DNA of 48,396 bases, taken from the NCBI GenBank assembly GCA_010093705.1, contig MU006113.1:68849-117244 (forward strand). The letters run 5' to 3'. A program made the translations under genes and the position numbers. This DNA is from Patellaria atrata CBS 101060. Taxonomy: Eukaryota. The notes under the pieces were generated by a model. The model did no database searches. It worked only from the letters and a program-made list of their open reading frames with translations, and was not told where the DNA came from. This document shows positions 38,501-48,396 of the stretch, piece by piece; within the stretch, counting starts at the first letter, position 1, and each line of letters opens with the position of its first letter.

Positions 38501-38523
38501 CTCCTCCACAACCTCTTGAATGA
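35520..38523 (+). CDS. Large fungal AlkB-family 2OG-Fe(II) dioxygenase with SRA-like and Cys-rich regions, 4 exons
   Basis: After splicing: FNELLLVQY...|YHDDGE (HxD)...SLG...LCHGDVVIM...YYE|HSV...RFALTCR (distal His and RxxxxxR). Upstream PPVWANGRQALCETVPYFRAFQGG and CxxC clusters (CPEC...C...C twice). Confidence 0.85.
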
Positions 38524-39026
38524 GCGCATTATATAGCAGGAATCTAAGGCTATGGATGCTGTCAAATTTCTTCATATCACCGACGTGGACTTATATATTG
38601 CTCAAATGGTGGATTGCTTCTCCTTGACATGGTTGCACACATATTCTAGAGTACTCATTGGCTATACGCATATTCTTGGCGTTTGGAGGATCTAATCTCT
38701 TTATGATACCATATTTCTTTGATTTCGCGGGATGCCTCACTTAGAGAAGATTAGAGGGTGGATATTTCTTAGTTCTTTAGAGTGTACAGTACCACAATGC
38801 TTGGTACACGAGCATTAAGCACACATTTGTGAGTTTGTGGTCGTTTTAGACGCTACTAGGTACATATAGACACAATAAGTTCCATTATCCAAGACAATCA
38901 CTCATAGCATCGGGTATCGTAACAACCACTCGAAAAGTCCTTACAGCAAACTCCACTGCTTCGTAGACGTAATGCTACCTCTAAACTAGATGCAATCCAA
39001 GCCTAACCTCATACCTAAACGCCAAA

Positions 39027-40367
39027 TCATCGGAATAACAAATACCGAATCAAGACCCAACCCCCCAAAGCTCCACCCAAAATCGCAAACAACACCCGTC
39101 TCCCCTCCCACGTTAGCACAAAATACGCCATCAGCCCAACAATCTGCTCCCTCGTCCTCGCCGCACCCCGTCTCGCCTTCCAATTCGGATCAATCGCAAA
39201 CGGCGGGTTGACCCTCACGTCATCCGTTCCGCTCGGCAGCATGACCGGCTTCAGAGGTACACTGATAGACAAAGCGACAGGCCGGTGATCGGACGTCGGT
39301 TGGATGGGTAGCGCAGTGTACGTGTGCGATACGAGTTGGTCCTGGGGGGAGGCGAAGGGGGAAGGGAGGTAGAGGATGCGATCGCACCAGGAGGGGAAGC
39401 GGTGGCGGGCCCAAATCCACTTTTCCGGCTCCTCGGAAGAGGAGGGGACCGGTTGCTTGGAGGAGTATTTGTAGGTTGGGGGGAAGGCGATAGGGGGTTC
39501 GGTGAAACCGTGGAGGGTGCGGCCGGCGCGGAGTTGTTGGGTCAGTTGGTCTGAGGGGAGGAAGTGGGAGTAGTGTTTTGGAGAGGTGGGGGAGGAGGTG
39601 GGTTGCGGGTAGGAGGTGTGGGCGGAGGGAGTGGGAGGGGAGTTGTGGGCGCGGTAGTTGAGGTCGCCGGCGAAGAAGACGTGGGAGCGCGGGTCGTAGA
39701 GACCGCTTGGAGCGTTGCCCTCGGTTTTTGCGGCATCTGGTGTGAGGAGAGGTTGTTGCTCTTCGTTGTCTGGGTCATCACTGGTAGAGCGGGATAGCCC
39801 GTGTCGTTCGTCGGACGTGAAGACCAACCTCTTCACGATGTTCGCCCAGTCCGCGTTTCTGCGCATTACGGCGTTTTCCATAGGTGCCAAATGTGCGGCG
39901 ATTAATGTTATAATCATCTCTTTATCTCTACTCCCTAGCGCGTAGCCCAATTTGACTCCAACGGCACCCTTATTCCCCATCTCCCACAATCCAACACCGA
40001 CTCCCGCGGTCGATATCCATTTTATTTTACTTGCCACATCTGGCTTCGCAAAGATCATGATGGCCGTCATCCCAATGTGTCTTGTAATTACATTTTTATA
40101 TTGTTCTTGATTCCCGACATCATGGCTGTTCACGGCAACTTGTAGGGTGTGCGTAACGCGGGCAAAATACGGCACTAGATGAAGACCTCCTAGGAATGAA
40201 TATGCAATGGGTGCGATCTCTTGTAAGGATACGACGACGATGTCTGGTAAGGATGCATTGTGAGGAAGAGCGCGGAAGAGTTGTGGTCCGAGGACTGCGG
40301 GATCGATGAGTTGTCGAGCGCAATTGAAGGTAATTAGGTAGAGTTCTAAGCGGCCTAGAGGAGACAT
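39027..40367 (-). CDS. Inositol polyphosphate 5-phosphatase, Inp54-like, with C-terminal hydrophobic anchor
   Basis: ITFNC, SLQE, GNKGAV, AAHL, GDLNYR, PTYKY, PSWCDRIL, SDHRPV; hydrophobic tail VLFAILGGALGGWVLIRYLLFR; intronless. Confidence 0.92.
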   Translation of the reverse strand: MSPLGRLELYLITFNCARQLIDPAVLGPQLFRALPHNASLPDIVVVSLQEIAPIAYSFLGGLHLVPYFARVTHTLQVAVNSHDVGNQEQYKNVITRHIGMTAIMIFAKPDVASKIKWISTAGVGVGLWEMGNKGAVGVKLGYALGSRDKEMIITLIAAHLAPMENAVMRRNADWANIVKRLVFTSDERHGLSRSTSDDPDNEEQQPLLTPDAAKTEGNAPSGLYDPRSHVFFAGDLNYRAHNSPPTPSAHTSYPQPTSSPTSPKHYSHFLPSDQLTQQLRAGRTLHGFTEPPIAFPPTYKYSSKQPVPSSSEEPEKWIWARHRFPSWCDRILYLPSPFASPQDQLVSHTYTALPIQPTSDHRPVALSISVPLKPVMLPSGTDDVRVNPPFAIDPNWKARRGAARTREQIVGLMAYFVLTWEGRRVLFAILGGALGGWVLIRYLLFR

Positions 40368-40730
40368 TTCATGGCCAAGGTAAGTAGGGGAGAGTTATGG
40401 TCAGTGACAGAATCCTGTTGAAGAAGATTTCCCACTCTGCAGTCAAATTATCGGAGACAGGATGGGAGCTTTGAGCTCCCCACCATGACTCGAGCACACA
40501 TGTTGCGTCAGCGTCTAGAGCTCGAAGTAGCTCTGGTGTCTCCACTCCTCACAGGATTACTTTTGTGTGTATAACCCCTCATAGTTTTTTTTTACAGTCC
40601 AATCTAGTTGAGTACATTCATCATTATCTTAATAATATATTCTGCGTGTTAGGTAACGTGTTGTTCAATTGCGAATACAGATTGCATATATTATCTCACC
40701 ACGTCCACCGATACCCCATAATCAGACGAA

Positions 40731-41992
40731 ATGTTCAGGCCTCATGTGTTACGTCAGGCCCTTCGGAACTCTGCTCCTTCAATTGCTCTTGATACTTCCG
40801 CTCGCGCATTCTTGTTAGACGTTCCTAAAGCTCGTTTCATATCATCTACATCTGCGTTGCTGAGAAAGGGAGATCAACATGATGCGGCATCAACAGCAGG
40901 AAAACCCGGTGAATCCGGCGACCACGAAGGCCAATTCGCCCGCACAGATGGTAGTGTGCGAGTTGAATATCCGGAAAAGCAAGGACTTCCAGCAAGTCAA
41001 CCAGTACAAGGTCGGGGTGGGCGGCATTTCAAACGTACACTAGCTACTTTCTCCCTGGAGGGTAGAGTTGCTGTTGTTACTGGGGGCGCGAGAGGCCTGG
41101 GTTTAGTCATGAGTCAAGGTCTTGTAGAGAGTGGAGCAGATGTTGCACTCGTTGACTTGAATAGTAAGTTGGTTGGGAGCATAGACAGGTGAATTGCTGA
41201 CCCCTCTTGGAGAGGATGAAGCTGCTAAGTCGGCACAACAATTGGTGGATAACTGGAAATCCGAGAACCCAGACGCGGATAGGTAAGTAAAACACTTACA
41301 TGGATCATAACAGCAGCTGATATGATGATAGGGTCCCAAACGTTACTGCTCACTATGCGGATGTCTCTAATCCAACGTCGGTGGATGAAGCCATATCGGA
41401 AATCCTTCAGCAGCACGGCAAAATAGACAATCTGGTAACCTCTGCGGGCTTCACAGAGAATTTTGACGCCGTCTCCTATCCTTACGATCGAATGAAGAAA
41501 CTCTGGGGAGTAAATGTGGACGGAACATACCTTTTTGGCGTTGCTGTTGCAAAACATCTCATGGAACGCAAAGCACCAGGAAGTCTAGTATTCATCGGTA
41601 GTATGTCTGGCGCAGTGGTCAATGTCCCTCAACCACAGGCTCCATACAATGCTGCAAAAGCTGCTGTGAGGCATTTGGCGGCCAGTTTCGCGGTTGAGTG
41701 GGCACATGCGGGTATCCGAGTGAATACCATCAGTCCTGGTTATATGTTGACTGCTCTGTGAGTGAATGCCATAGACATAGTGCGGTCCTAAAAGCAACTG
41801 ACGTCCCACAGAACGAAGAAGATTTTGGATGACAATCCGGAATTGAAGCAGAAATGGACATCTCTGATCCCTCAAGGAAAGATGGGACGACCTGAGGACC
41901 TGATGGGTGCAGTCACTTTCCTGAGCTCGGATGCGAGCGCATATATGACGGGAGCTGACCTTCGGATTGACGGTGGATATACGGTGACTTAG
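40731..41992 (+). CDS. SDR oxidoreductase, D-arabinitol 2-dehydrogenase-like, with probable mitochondrial presequence
   Basis: [39 protein letters not shown] (YxxxK), [28 protein letters not shown]; three introns. Confidence 0.92.
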
Positions 41993-42742
41993 AAAATTAG
42001 GGAGTTGATCAAGTAAGATAATGGAAGTAACTATACGAAAACCAAGAGAAAAGTGTACCGTAGATCTACTGCCATCGTACAGTACAGCAATTATGTCAGC
42101 GAGTGATCAGCGCCTCAGGCTAAAACTGCACCAGACCGTGGCTTTCCCTTGTCCCGGTCGTAACTCGTAACCAAATTCTGTTATTTTTCGCCAAATAATA
42201 CCCACGACTACGGTTCTCTTTTATGATTATCCTGACATCAACCGTTGGATATATGAGGTTCGCGTTTTCAGGGAGGAACTCCTATCCTTCGTCGACAACT
42301 GCAACCTAATCGGCAACGCGTTTTGAAATGGGCCGTATTCCTCGAAGCTATAGGCTTCGAAGGAGCATGGGGGCTATGACGGCGCTCACGCGCGTCTCCC
42401 TGCAGGGAGGCTGAGACCTGGATATCTACCTAAGCTACGGAACACTTCCAGATTTCTTTAGGAATCCGAGCCTTGTCTTTCTCGAATTGATATCTCGCGG
42501 ATGTTAACGTAGACGGTTTAGAACGTTGTTCACTACAATCGGTGTGTAATTGCTTGTAAGTTCATTCGAGTCCGACGCTGTCGATTGACATTCAGTTGAT
42601 TTTAGTTCCAGCTACGCACTACAATTATCATTGGAGTCTGAAAGAGTACACCACTGGCTATAACAACAATAACGGAGAAGTTACACGTACTGGAAAGGAT
42701 TATGACGTCTCCCACCTATTATCTATCCTACAATCCTACATA

Positions 42743-45700
42743 ATGGCCTTGTCAACTGGTCTAGATACAAAAGTAGCGAGAAGGAAGACGTCAATATATG
42801 CTGGAGTAGGGTCATGGAATTGGCAGGAAAACCCAGCGAGGGCTGACAGTCCAGTGTCGGGAGAATCACCAACATCTGAAAGCGAGCTGGCGGATGGGAC
42901 GTCCTTGACTAGTCACCCCCCTCAAAAAGCTGAAAAGGCTGACCAACCCCTCATTGGGATGCTTCAGATTAATGGACAACAAGCCTCAATAAAAGTTAAC
43001 TTCCCACCATCTCTACGGAAGAGCTCCTCTGCAGATACGCTTGCACCTAACGATGAAGCACAGCAGCGTACATCTATCTTAACCGATCCCGGTCCACTTA
43101 TCCGACCACAGTTGCTTGATATCAGAACAAAAGATCGAGTATATTCATATGAGACATTGACCAAGCACCATGAAACGTTTGCCGATTATCTTTACCAACA
43201 CTCGGGAGAGGACTACATCAGTGTACCAGGAAGATCATATGCTTATCTTGAGATTAACACATTTGTTGAGTCTTGCATAGACGTGTATGATGCAATTGTC
43301 AATCCAATCAGTTTACACGCAATCAGAGGGCGAAGGGAGAGATATTCTGCCGTTCGTCTCCATCGCCGGGAACGAATCGCTGGATTAGGAGAGCGAGGAC
43401 TGTGCCGACTTGTACGAGATATCCATGTAGAGTTCCAACGCAGATTTTCAGGACCACTAAGTCTTCGTTTTCCTGAAATAAGGGCTGGGAAGTCTGATGA
43501 GTTACCTAATTCGCTCCGTGGAGGTCCACATACGCCACGGTCTGCCGCCGACAATATATCAGATAGGAGTGAGACACCAGAGGGGGAGGAGGATATCGAT
43601 ATTAAAGAGCTTGTGGGTACCACCGACTACGAGCAGGCCCTATCGAAATATATCGGTATTTATCATAATATCGAATCTAAGAAGAAAACGGCGATTATGA
43701 ATTATATTCGAGACAATTATCTTTCTGAAGCTATTGCTTCAGCCACTGATGATGATGGACCGGATCTTCCATCGAATAATGTGCCTCAGACAGCGACGAG
43801 ATTTACCTTTGCTGAAGACTTGGGATATGACATAGGGTTTGATACCATGAGTGCTTCAGCAGGAGATTTGACTGGTGTCGACAGAGCTAATAAGGAGGAG
43901 TATAAGCATGATCCACTCCCAGAGAATTCACATCTTCATACTTATTCTGAAGAGAAAGTAAACGATATTGCAGAACTAGATGGAAATGAGATTTTTGAAC
44001 TGGATGGAACTGGAATCATGACCGGACTGGACGAGAAACAGATTCCCGTTGAATCAGACCAAGGAAGAATGATGGACTGGGAGTTGTCAATGCAGTCTTT
44101 CAAGGATCTATCAGGATTTGACCATGATATCTCGAACAAGCTTAATATATCCCTCATTCGCACTCCTTCGGTGGGTGCGATTGACCCACCTTCGAATGAC
44201 TCCCTTCTTGATTTACGCCGTAGTATCAGCCTAGAGAGAGAGATGACGGTCATTTCTGAAGATGGAGAATTAGTCCTGGATGAGAAAAGTGGTAATGCCC
44301 TCGATGTCATTGATGAGGACACTAGGTTAGATATGAACAATTCGGGCTGGCGTCCACCAGGTCCTAGAGGTCTTGCCGAAATCACAAGGGATTCGCTTGT
44401 CCTACGCCGGTCTATACTCCGTGAGAAGATGTATGCCTTAGCACAGAGAAGAATACCACCACCCAGTACTACAGACCCTGATAATCATCGCTCTTCGGCG
44501 ATTACTTTTCGATCATCTCAGTCGACATCAAGATTCAGTCAAGGGTCTGGCAACACTACAAGATCTTCTGAACTAGAATTTTTTACTCCACGCTCTAGTA
44601 AATCTTTCCGCTTTACACCTCGATCTAGTCTCAACATCCGCTCAGCTCCATCTATACGAGAATCGGGTATATATACTATCAGATCGAGCACATCGACTTA
44701 TCATACAGTATCTTCCGGTCTTCGCAGCAGCGCCAATAGTCTCGCTGATGGAAATGTTCAGACTGCAAGCGAGTGGAAGGTCTTCCTCCAGGATGACGAT
44801 ATCCAACCAGACTATTTGAACGAGCAGAATTGGTCGGGCCGTGGCCAGCATGCCGAGTATGAACCCAATGAAGAAGATCAAATTCCACTCCAACACGAGA
44901 GAGAAATCTCCGTCACAGATAAAACTAAAATCGACAGCGTACGATGCCGCAGGATTAGACTGGCACGGAAGACCATACCATGGATACCTACGTTGGCGAA
45001 ACGTAAGTTGGCCATCCAGGAGGTCAAATTATTGCAAAAGTTAAACCATGCCCATATCATCCGCGTTGTTGGTTCGTACACAATCAACCGCCAGCTCTCG
45101 ATTCTGCTCTATCCTGTAGCCGATGAGGACTTGGCAACTTATATTAAGAGAACCTGTGAGTTTGGAAAGCTTAAACATTTCGACATCTCTTCTGCCCGTG
45201 GAGCAATCACTATGGTACAGTTCTTCGCTTGTCTTGCAAATGCACTACAGTATATTCATTCTCAGAACGTGAGGCACAGGGACATCAAACCAAAGAACAT
45301 CCTAGTCAAACGAATGCTCAACCGGATTGAAAGTGAAACCCCATATCAAGATACCTCGCTCTGGCAAAACTACGTGTATAAAGTTTACATTACCGATTTT
45401 GATATTTCGCGTGCATACAAAACCCCCGATGATGCGGAAACCGAAGGTCCCACCGCGTACACTAGAATTTATGCCGCGCCAGAAGTTATTGATCATTATG
45501 ACAAGCGCAGCTTTCCATCGGACGTTTTCTCCCTTGGCTGTTGCTTTGCGGAAATGCTGGAGGTTCTTGCTCGTTACAGTTCACACCCGCCACTAAAGAC
45601 ACTACAGTGGCTTCAGATTGATCCTGAGAGCGGGAGGAGGTCTTACCAAGGGAACCTCGAGGCGGTTCAGAAGTGGGTTGGTAATCTGGATTTCACTGAC

Positions 45701-45904
45701 CGCTTTTGGGACACGTACTGGCACACCACGCTCGAAAACCCTCGTAAGGTGACGCTAGAGATGATCCGTAGAAAGCCTAGCGCACGCCCGAGTATGGCGG
45801 CCATTGTTGAGAAGTATCTTCCGCCAAAACCGTGTTGTCTTACTGGTCAAGAAGCGTTCGAAGCAAGTTTCCCGGCTACATCTCAATCGAGTCCATGGAT
45901 CTGA
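42743..45904 (+). CDS. Large intronless protein with a C-terminal Ser/Thr kinase-like domain with degenerate motifs
   Basis: LARK (beta3 Lys), QEVKLL (alphaC Glu), HRDIKPKNIL, TDFDISR, YAAPE, SDVFSLG, ARP; first ATG at 42743. Confidence 0.85.
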   Translation: MALSTGLDTKVARRKTSIYAGVGSWNWQENPARADSPVSGESPTSESELADGTSLTSHPPQKAEKADQPLIGMLQINGQQASIKVNFPPSLRKSSSADTLAPNDEAQQRTSILTDPGPLIRPQLLDIRTKDRVYSYETLTKHHETFADYLYQHSGEDYISVPGRSYAYLEINTFVESCIDVYDAIVNPISLHAIRGRRERYSAVRLHRRERIAGLGERGLCRLVRDIHVEFQRRFSGPLSLRFPEIRAGKSDELPNSLRGGPHTPRSAADNISDRSETPEGEEDIDIKELVGTTDYEQALSKYIGIYHNIESKKKTAIMNYIRDNYLSEAIASATDDDGPDLPSNNVPQTATRFTFAEDLGYDIGFDTMSASAGDLTGVDRANKEEYKHDPLPENSHLHTYSEEKVNDIAELDGNEIFELDGTGIMTGLDEKQIPVESDQGRMMDWELSMQSFKDLSGFDHDISNKLNISLIRTPSVGAIDPPSNDSLLDLRRSISLEREMTVISEDGELVLDEKSGNALDVIDEDTRLDMNNSGWRPPGPRGLAEITRDSLVLRRSILREKMYALAQRRIPPPSTTDPDNHRSSAITFRSSQSTSRFSQGSGNTTRSSELEFFTPRSSKSFRFTPRSSLNIRSAPSIRESGIYTIRSSTSTYHTVSSGLRSSANSLADGNVQTASEWKVFLQDDDIQPDYLNEQNWSGRGQHAEYEPNEEDQIPLQHEREISVTDKTKIDSVRCRRIRLARKTIPWIPTLAKRKLAIQEVKLLQKLNHAHIIRVVGSYTINRQLSILLYPVADEDLATYIKRTCEFGKLKHFDISSARGAITMVQFFACLANALQYIHSQNVRHRDIKPKNILVKRMLNRIESETPYQDTSLWQNYVYKVYITDFDISRAYKTPDDAETEGPTAYTRIYAAPEVIDHYDKRSFPSDVFSLGCCFAEMLEVLARYSSHPPLKTLQWLQIDPESGRRSYQGNLEAVQKWVGNLDFTDRFWDTYWHTTLENPRKVTLEMIRRKPSARPSMAAIVEKYLPPKPCCLTGQEAFEASFPATSQSSPWI

Positions 45905-46665
45905 TGAAAACTTTCAAGAGGATGAAAGTCTTTCAAGAGGGTTCAAAGTCGACTTGTGAACATCTACAATACCAATGCAGATTATTTTGATCATGTTCAA
46001 ACATTTGATTGGGGAAAACTTGGATAAAATTAGAGAAATTGATACCCTGGGAAGGCGTTATTATTTGCGTTCAAATGTTAGGTGCTCTGATCATGAATTC
46101 TTGGACAGTATATAATGGAGCTGTAGTAGTGGAGTTACGGTATTCGAAACTGTTCCTCTGATGCTATCAAATGACTCTTCAATCTTATGAATATCTCTTC
46201 CCTCATCATAGTACCTTAAAGCTTGTGCAGTTCACTTCAAATTTACCTCGCATTAATACCCATATAGTAGGTTACAAAATTTCGTTAATCTGAAGTAGAA
46301 CCATACGATTTCCGTCTCCCGAACAATGAACTATACAGTTCCGGAGTATGGTCTAGCCACACCTAATTCGAAGCCAGAAGTGGCAGTACGCCATGGGATA
46401 TACAAAGGGTGTATAACGTCCATATGTACATTCTAATGGACGTAGAAAAATATGAAATATCTTCTACTCCACCACTCCCGTTCTCCTTGATTGCTGTACG
46501 AGCGCTGTATGTACAGTACATATTGCTACAAGCCGTAGAATCGCTACATCCCCTACTAATCAGTTTCAGCCAACCGATTCACCGTGATGCATTTTTGGAC
46601 GCCCAACGCCGACCACCGTCCTATATCCCTCATCTCTCATCCCAAATACCTTCTCTTGTCCCTTC

Positions 46666-47597
46666 TTAACTCTTCTTCACAGCAACGCCCACCAACGTCG
46701 GAACTGTACTCCACTTATTAACCGTCTCCAACTTGACACTCTCCCACTCGCCTCCCTCCTTCCCAGCCACCTCTCTAACCGCCCTCTCCGTATCCCGATC
46801 CAAGCAGCACCCGCCCATCCAAAACTTCCACCCAACGAGCATATACACCGTCTGCAGTACCCTCGCAGCCAAACTACCCCCCTCAACACGCCACGGATTG
46901 ACCACATGCTCACACACGACTAGTCTCCCCCCCGGCTTAAGCAACCCGTACAACCCCGCCACCGTCTCCTGAAGGCGCGGAACCCCGCACAACACGCGCA
47001 CAGAGACGATAGCATCGAAGACGCCCTCGCCACCCCGGCCATCCCTCAACACGCCCTCCTTCGCGAGGGCCGGGATCAGGCTCTCAGGCTGTGCGCCGCA
47101 GGCCAGGACGCGGTATTTAGATCCGAGACCCGCTTGCTCCGCTTTCGCCCGCAGCCGCTCGTGCAGCCCGACTGCGGGCTCGGCGCCGTACATGTACGCG
47201 ACGGCGGGCGCGGAGGCGGAGTAGCGGTGTAGCTGCTCGCCGCTGCCGGGGCCGATGTCTAAGACGACGCCGGAGAGGGAGGAGAGGAGCGGGAGGAGCG
47301 GGACGGGCATCTCGGCGGCGAGGGAGGCGCCGTTGGCGTTCCAGAAGCGGGTGAAGGCCTGGTCGCGGAATCTGGTCACCGAGGTCAGGGTGGGGATGTC
47401 GAGGTGGATGAGGGCGGTTAGGAGAGCGAGGGTGTGGTCTATGTGGTCTTTTTGTTAGTTGGGATGGGGGGATGGTGGGGGCATGACGGACGGTAGAGGC
47501 ATATTGTCATGAGGATGAGGGGGCCTATGAAGCCTTGGATTCGGTCGTTGAGGGTGGGAGGGCCGCCTGTGTATTTGCTTCGTTGGACTGTTGTCAT
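46666..47597 (-). CDS. SAM-dependent methyltransferase (METTL7/TMT1-like) with N-terminal hydrophobic segment, 2 exons
   Basis: VVLDIGPGSG, YGAEP, FDAIVSVRVLC, LKPGGRLVVCEHV, GCCLDRD. The 44-nt intron 47448-47491 (GTCCGT...CTAAC...AAG) joins an in-frame first exon MTTVQRSKY. Confidence 0.88.
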
Positions 47598-48153
47598 CGT
47601 TGCGCTTTGCGAAGGCCTGAGGAGGGGTTGAAGGACGCAGTTGTAATGCTATGGGGAGGCGTAATTGAGAGGGTGAAAGGCATATTCTTCAGCTGGGGAT
47701 GTGGGCAGGAAGGCCGTTCTATACTCGGCTGCCATGTTCTGCATAGATACAGTAGTGGAAGTCCAGTTAGCCTGAAGTATGATAGGGACTTGCATGCGGA
47801 GAAGGAAAGGATGAAGTTCGGAGTTTTGATATATCTCGGTGACCATACAAATTTAAGCTATACACATTGCTTGCCCACAGTTATCGATCATTGGACAATT
47901 AGCGAATGCAGCTGAGCTGATTGGCGTTATGGGGACGGGAAGTTATGTGAAGTTACAAAGGGATGCGATCCGTATGTACCTTCTAAGGTTATAGCTCTCA
48001 GGAACTTTTTGCCTGGAGCTGAAACAACCTCACTTCCAACACCACTTACTCATCATACAACAACTCACTCACCACCACCATAAAAAGAGCCAGGAAACAC
48101 TGTTTCAAGTCTAACAGTCAAAACCCACAAATCCAAAGAAACCGTCATCAATC

Positions 48154-48396
48154 ATGGGCCGCTGGGCAGATCTGGAAGAAGTACGCCACACCACACGTGC
48201 CCTCATTCCCTCCAACCCTCCCTTCCCCCATCTCCTCAACCAACACCCCCCTAACATAATCCCCAGGACGAACACCGTCTCCCAGACGGCATGCAACGCA
48301 TCGCCTACGACGCCGACACGCAACGCTACACCTTCCGCGACCGCGACGGCAGCCACTGGGAATCGAGCCCCGGGGCACGGTACGGGCGTTTACAAC
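48154..48396 (+). CDS. 5' part of a conserved fungal protein whose family usually has a C-terminal LysM/CBM50 domain (truncated by window edge)
   Basis: MGRWADLEE|DEHRLPDGMQRIAYDADTQRYTFRDRDGSHWESSPGARYGRL; intron about 48181-48265. The LysM domain itself is not in the window. Confidence 0.75.
   Translation, partial: MGRWADLEEVRHTTRALIPSNPPFPHLLNQHPPNIIPRTNTVSQTACNASPTTPTRNATPSATATAATGNRAPGHGTGVYN

Noticed and set aside
45903..45940. Two-copy 18-19 nt direct repeat after the kinase stop
   Set aside because: It is a simple local duplication with no sign of function.

Overview
Gene-dense eukaryotic DNA from a filamentous ascomycete (Pezizomycotina; short GT-AG introns of about 44-180 nt with CTRAY branch points). 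About 20 spliced protein genes can be read: xanthine phosphoribosyltransferase (XPT1-like), an Sfl1-type HSF transcription factor with a long upstream region, a BTB/POZ protein, an E2 ubiquitin-conjugating enzyme, a UPF0132-like membrane protein, DPM1, RPS18 (absent from the ORF track because it has 5 introns), 3-hydroxybutyryl-CoA dehydrogenase, TOF1/Timeless, a Ser/Pro-repeat hypothetical protein, a cyclase/kynurenine-formamidase-like protein, a cytochrome P450, a TMEM16/IST2 protein, a peroxisomal aryl-CoA ligase, a fungal AlkB-family dioxygenase, an inositol 5-phosphatase, D-arabinitol dehydrogenase, an atypical protein kinase, a METTL7-like methyltransferase and the start of a probable LysM protein. 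There is also a probable pseudogene at the start. The most striking unexplained signals are two non-coding elements. (1) At 24185-24396 (minus strand) is a candidate Pol III-type structured RNA with TATA box, A box, B box and T7 terminator; its long stem is interrupted by an apparent 62-nt spliceosomal intron. (2) At about 10185-10365 (minus strand) is a multi-hairpin, pseudoknot-capable element downstream of the BTB gene. All calls come from reading the sequence by eye. Exon boundaries are manual and no database search was run.
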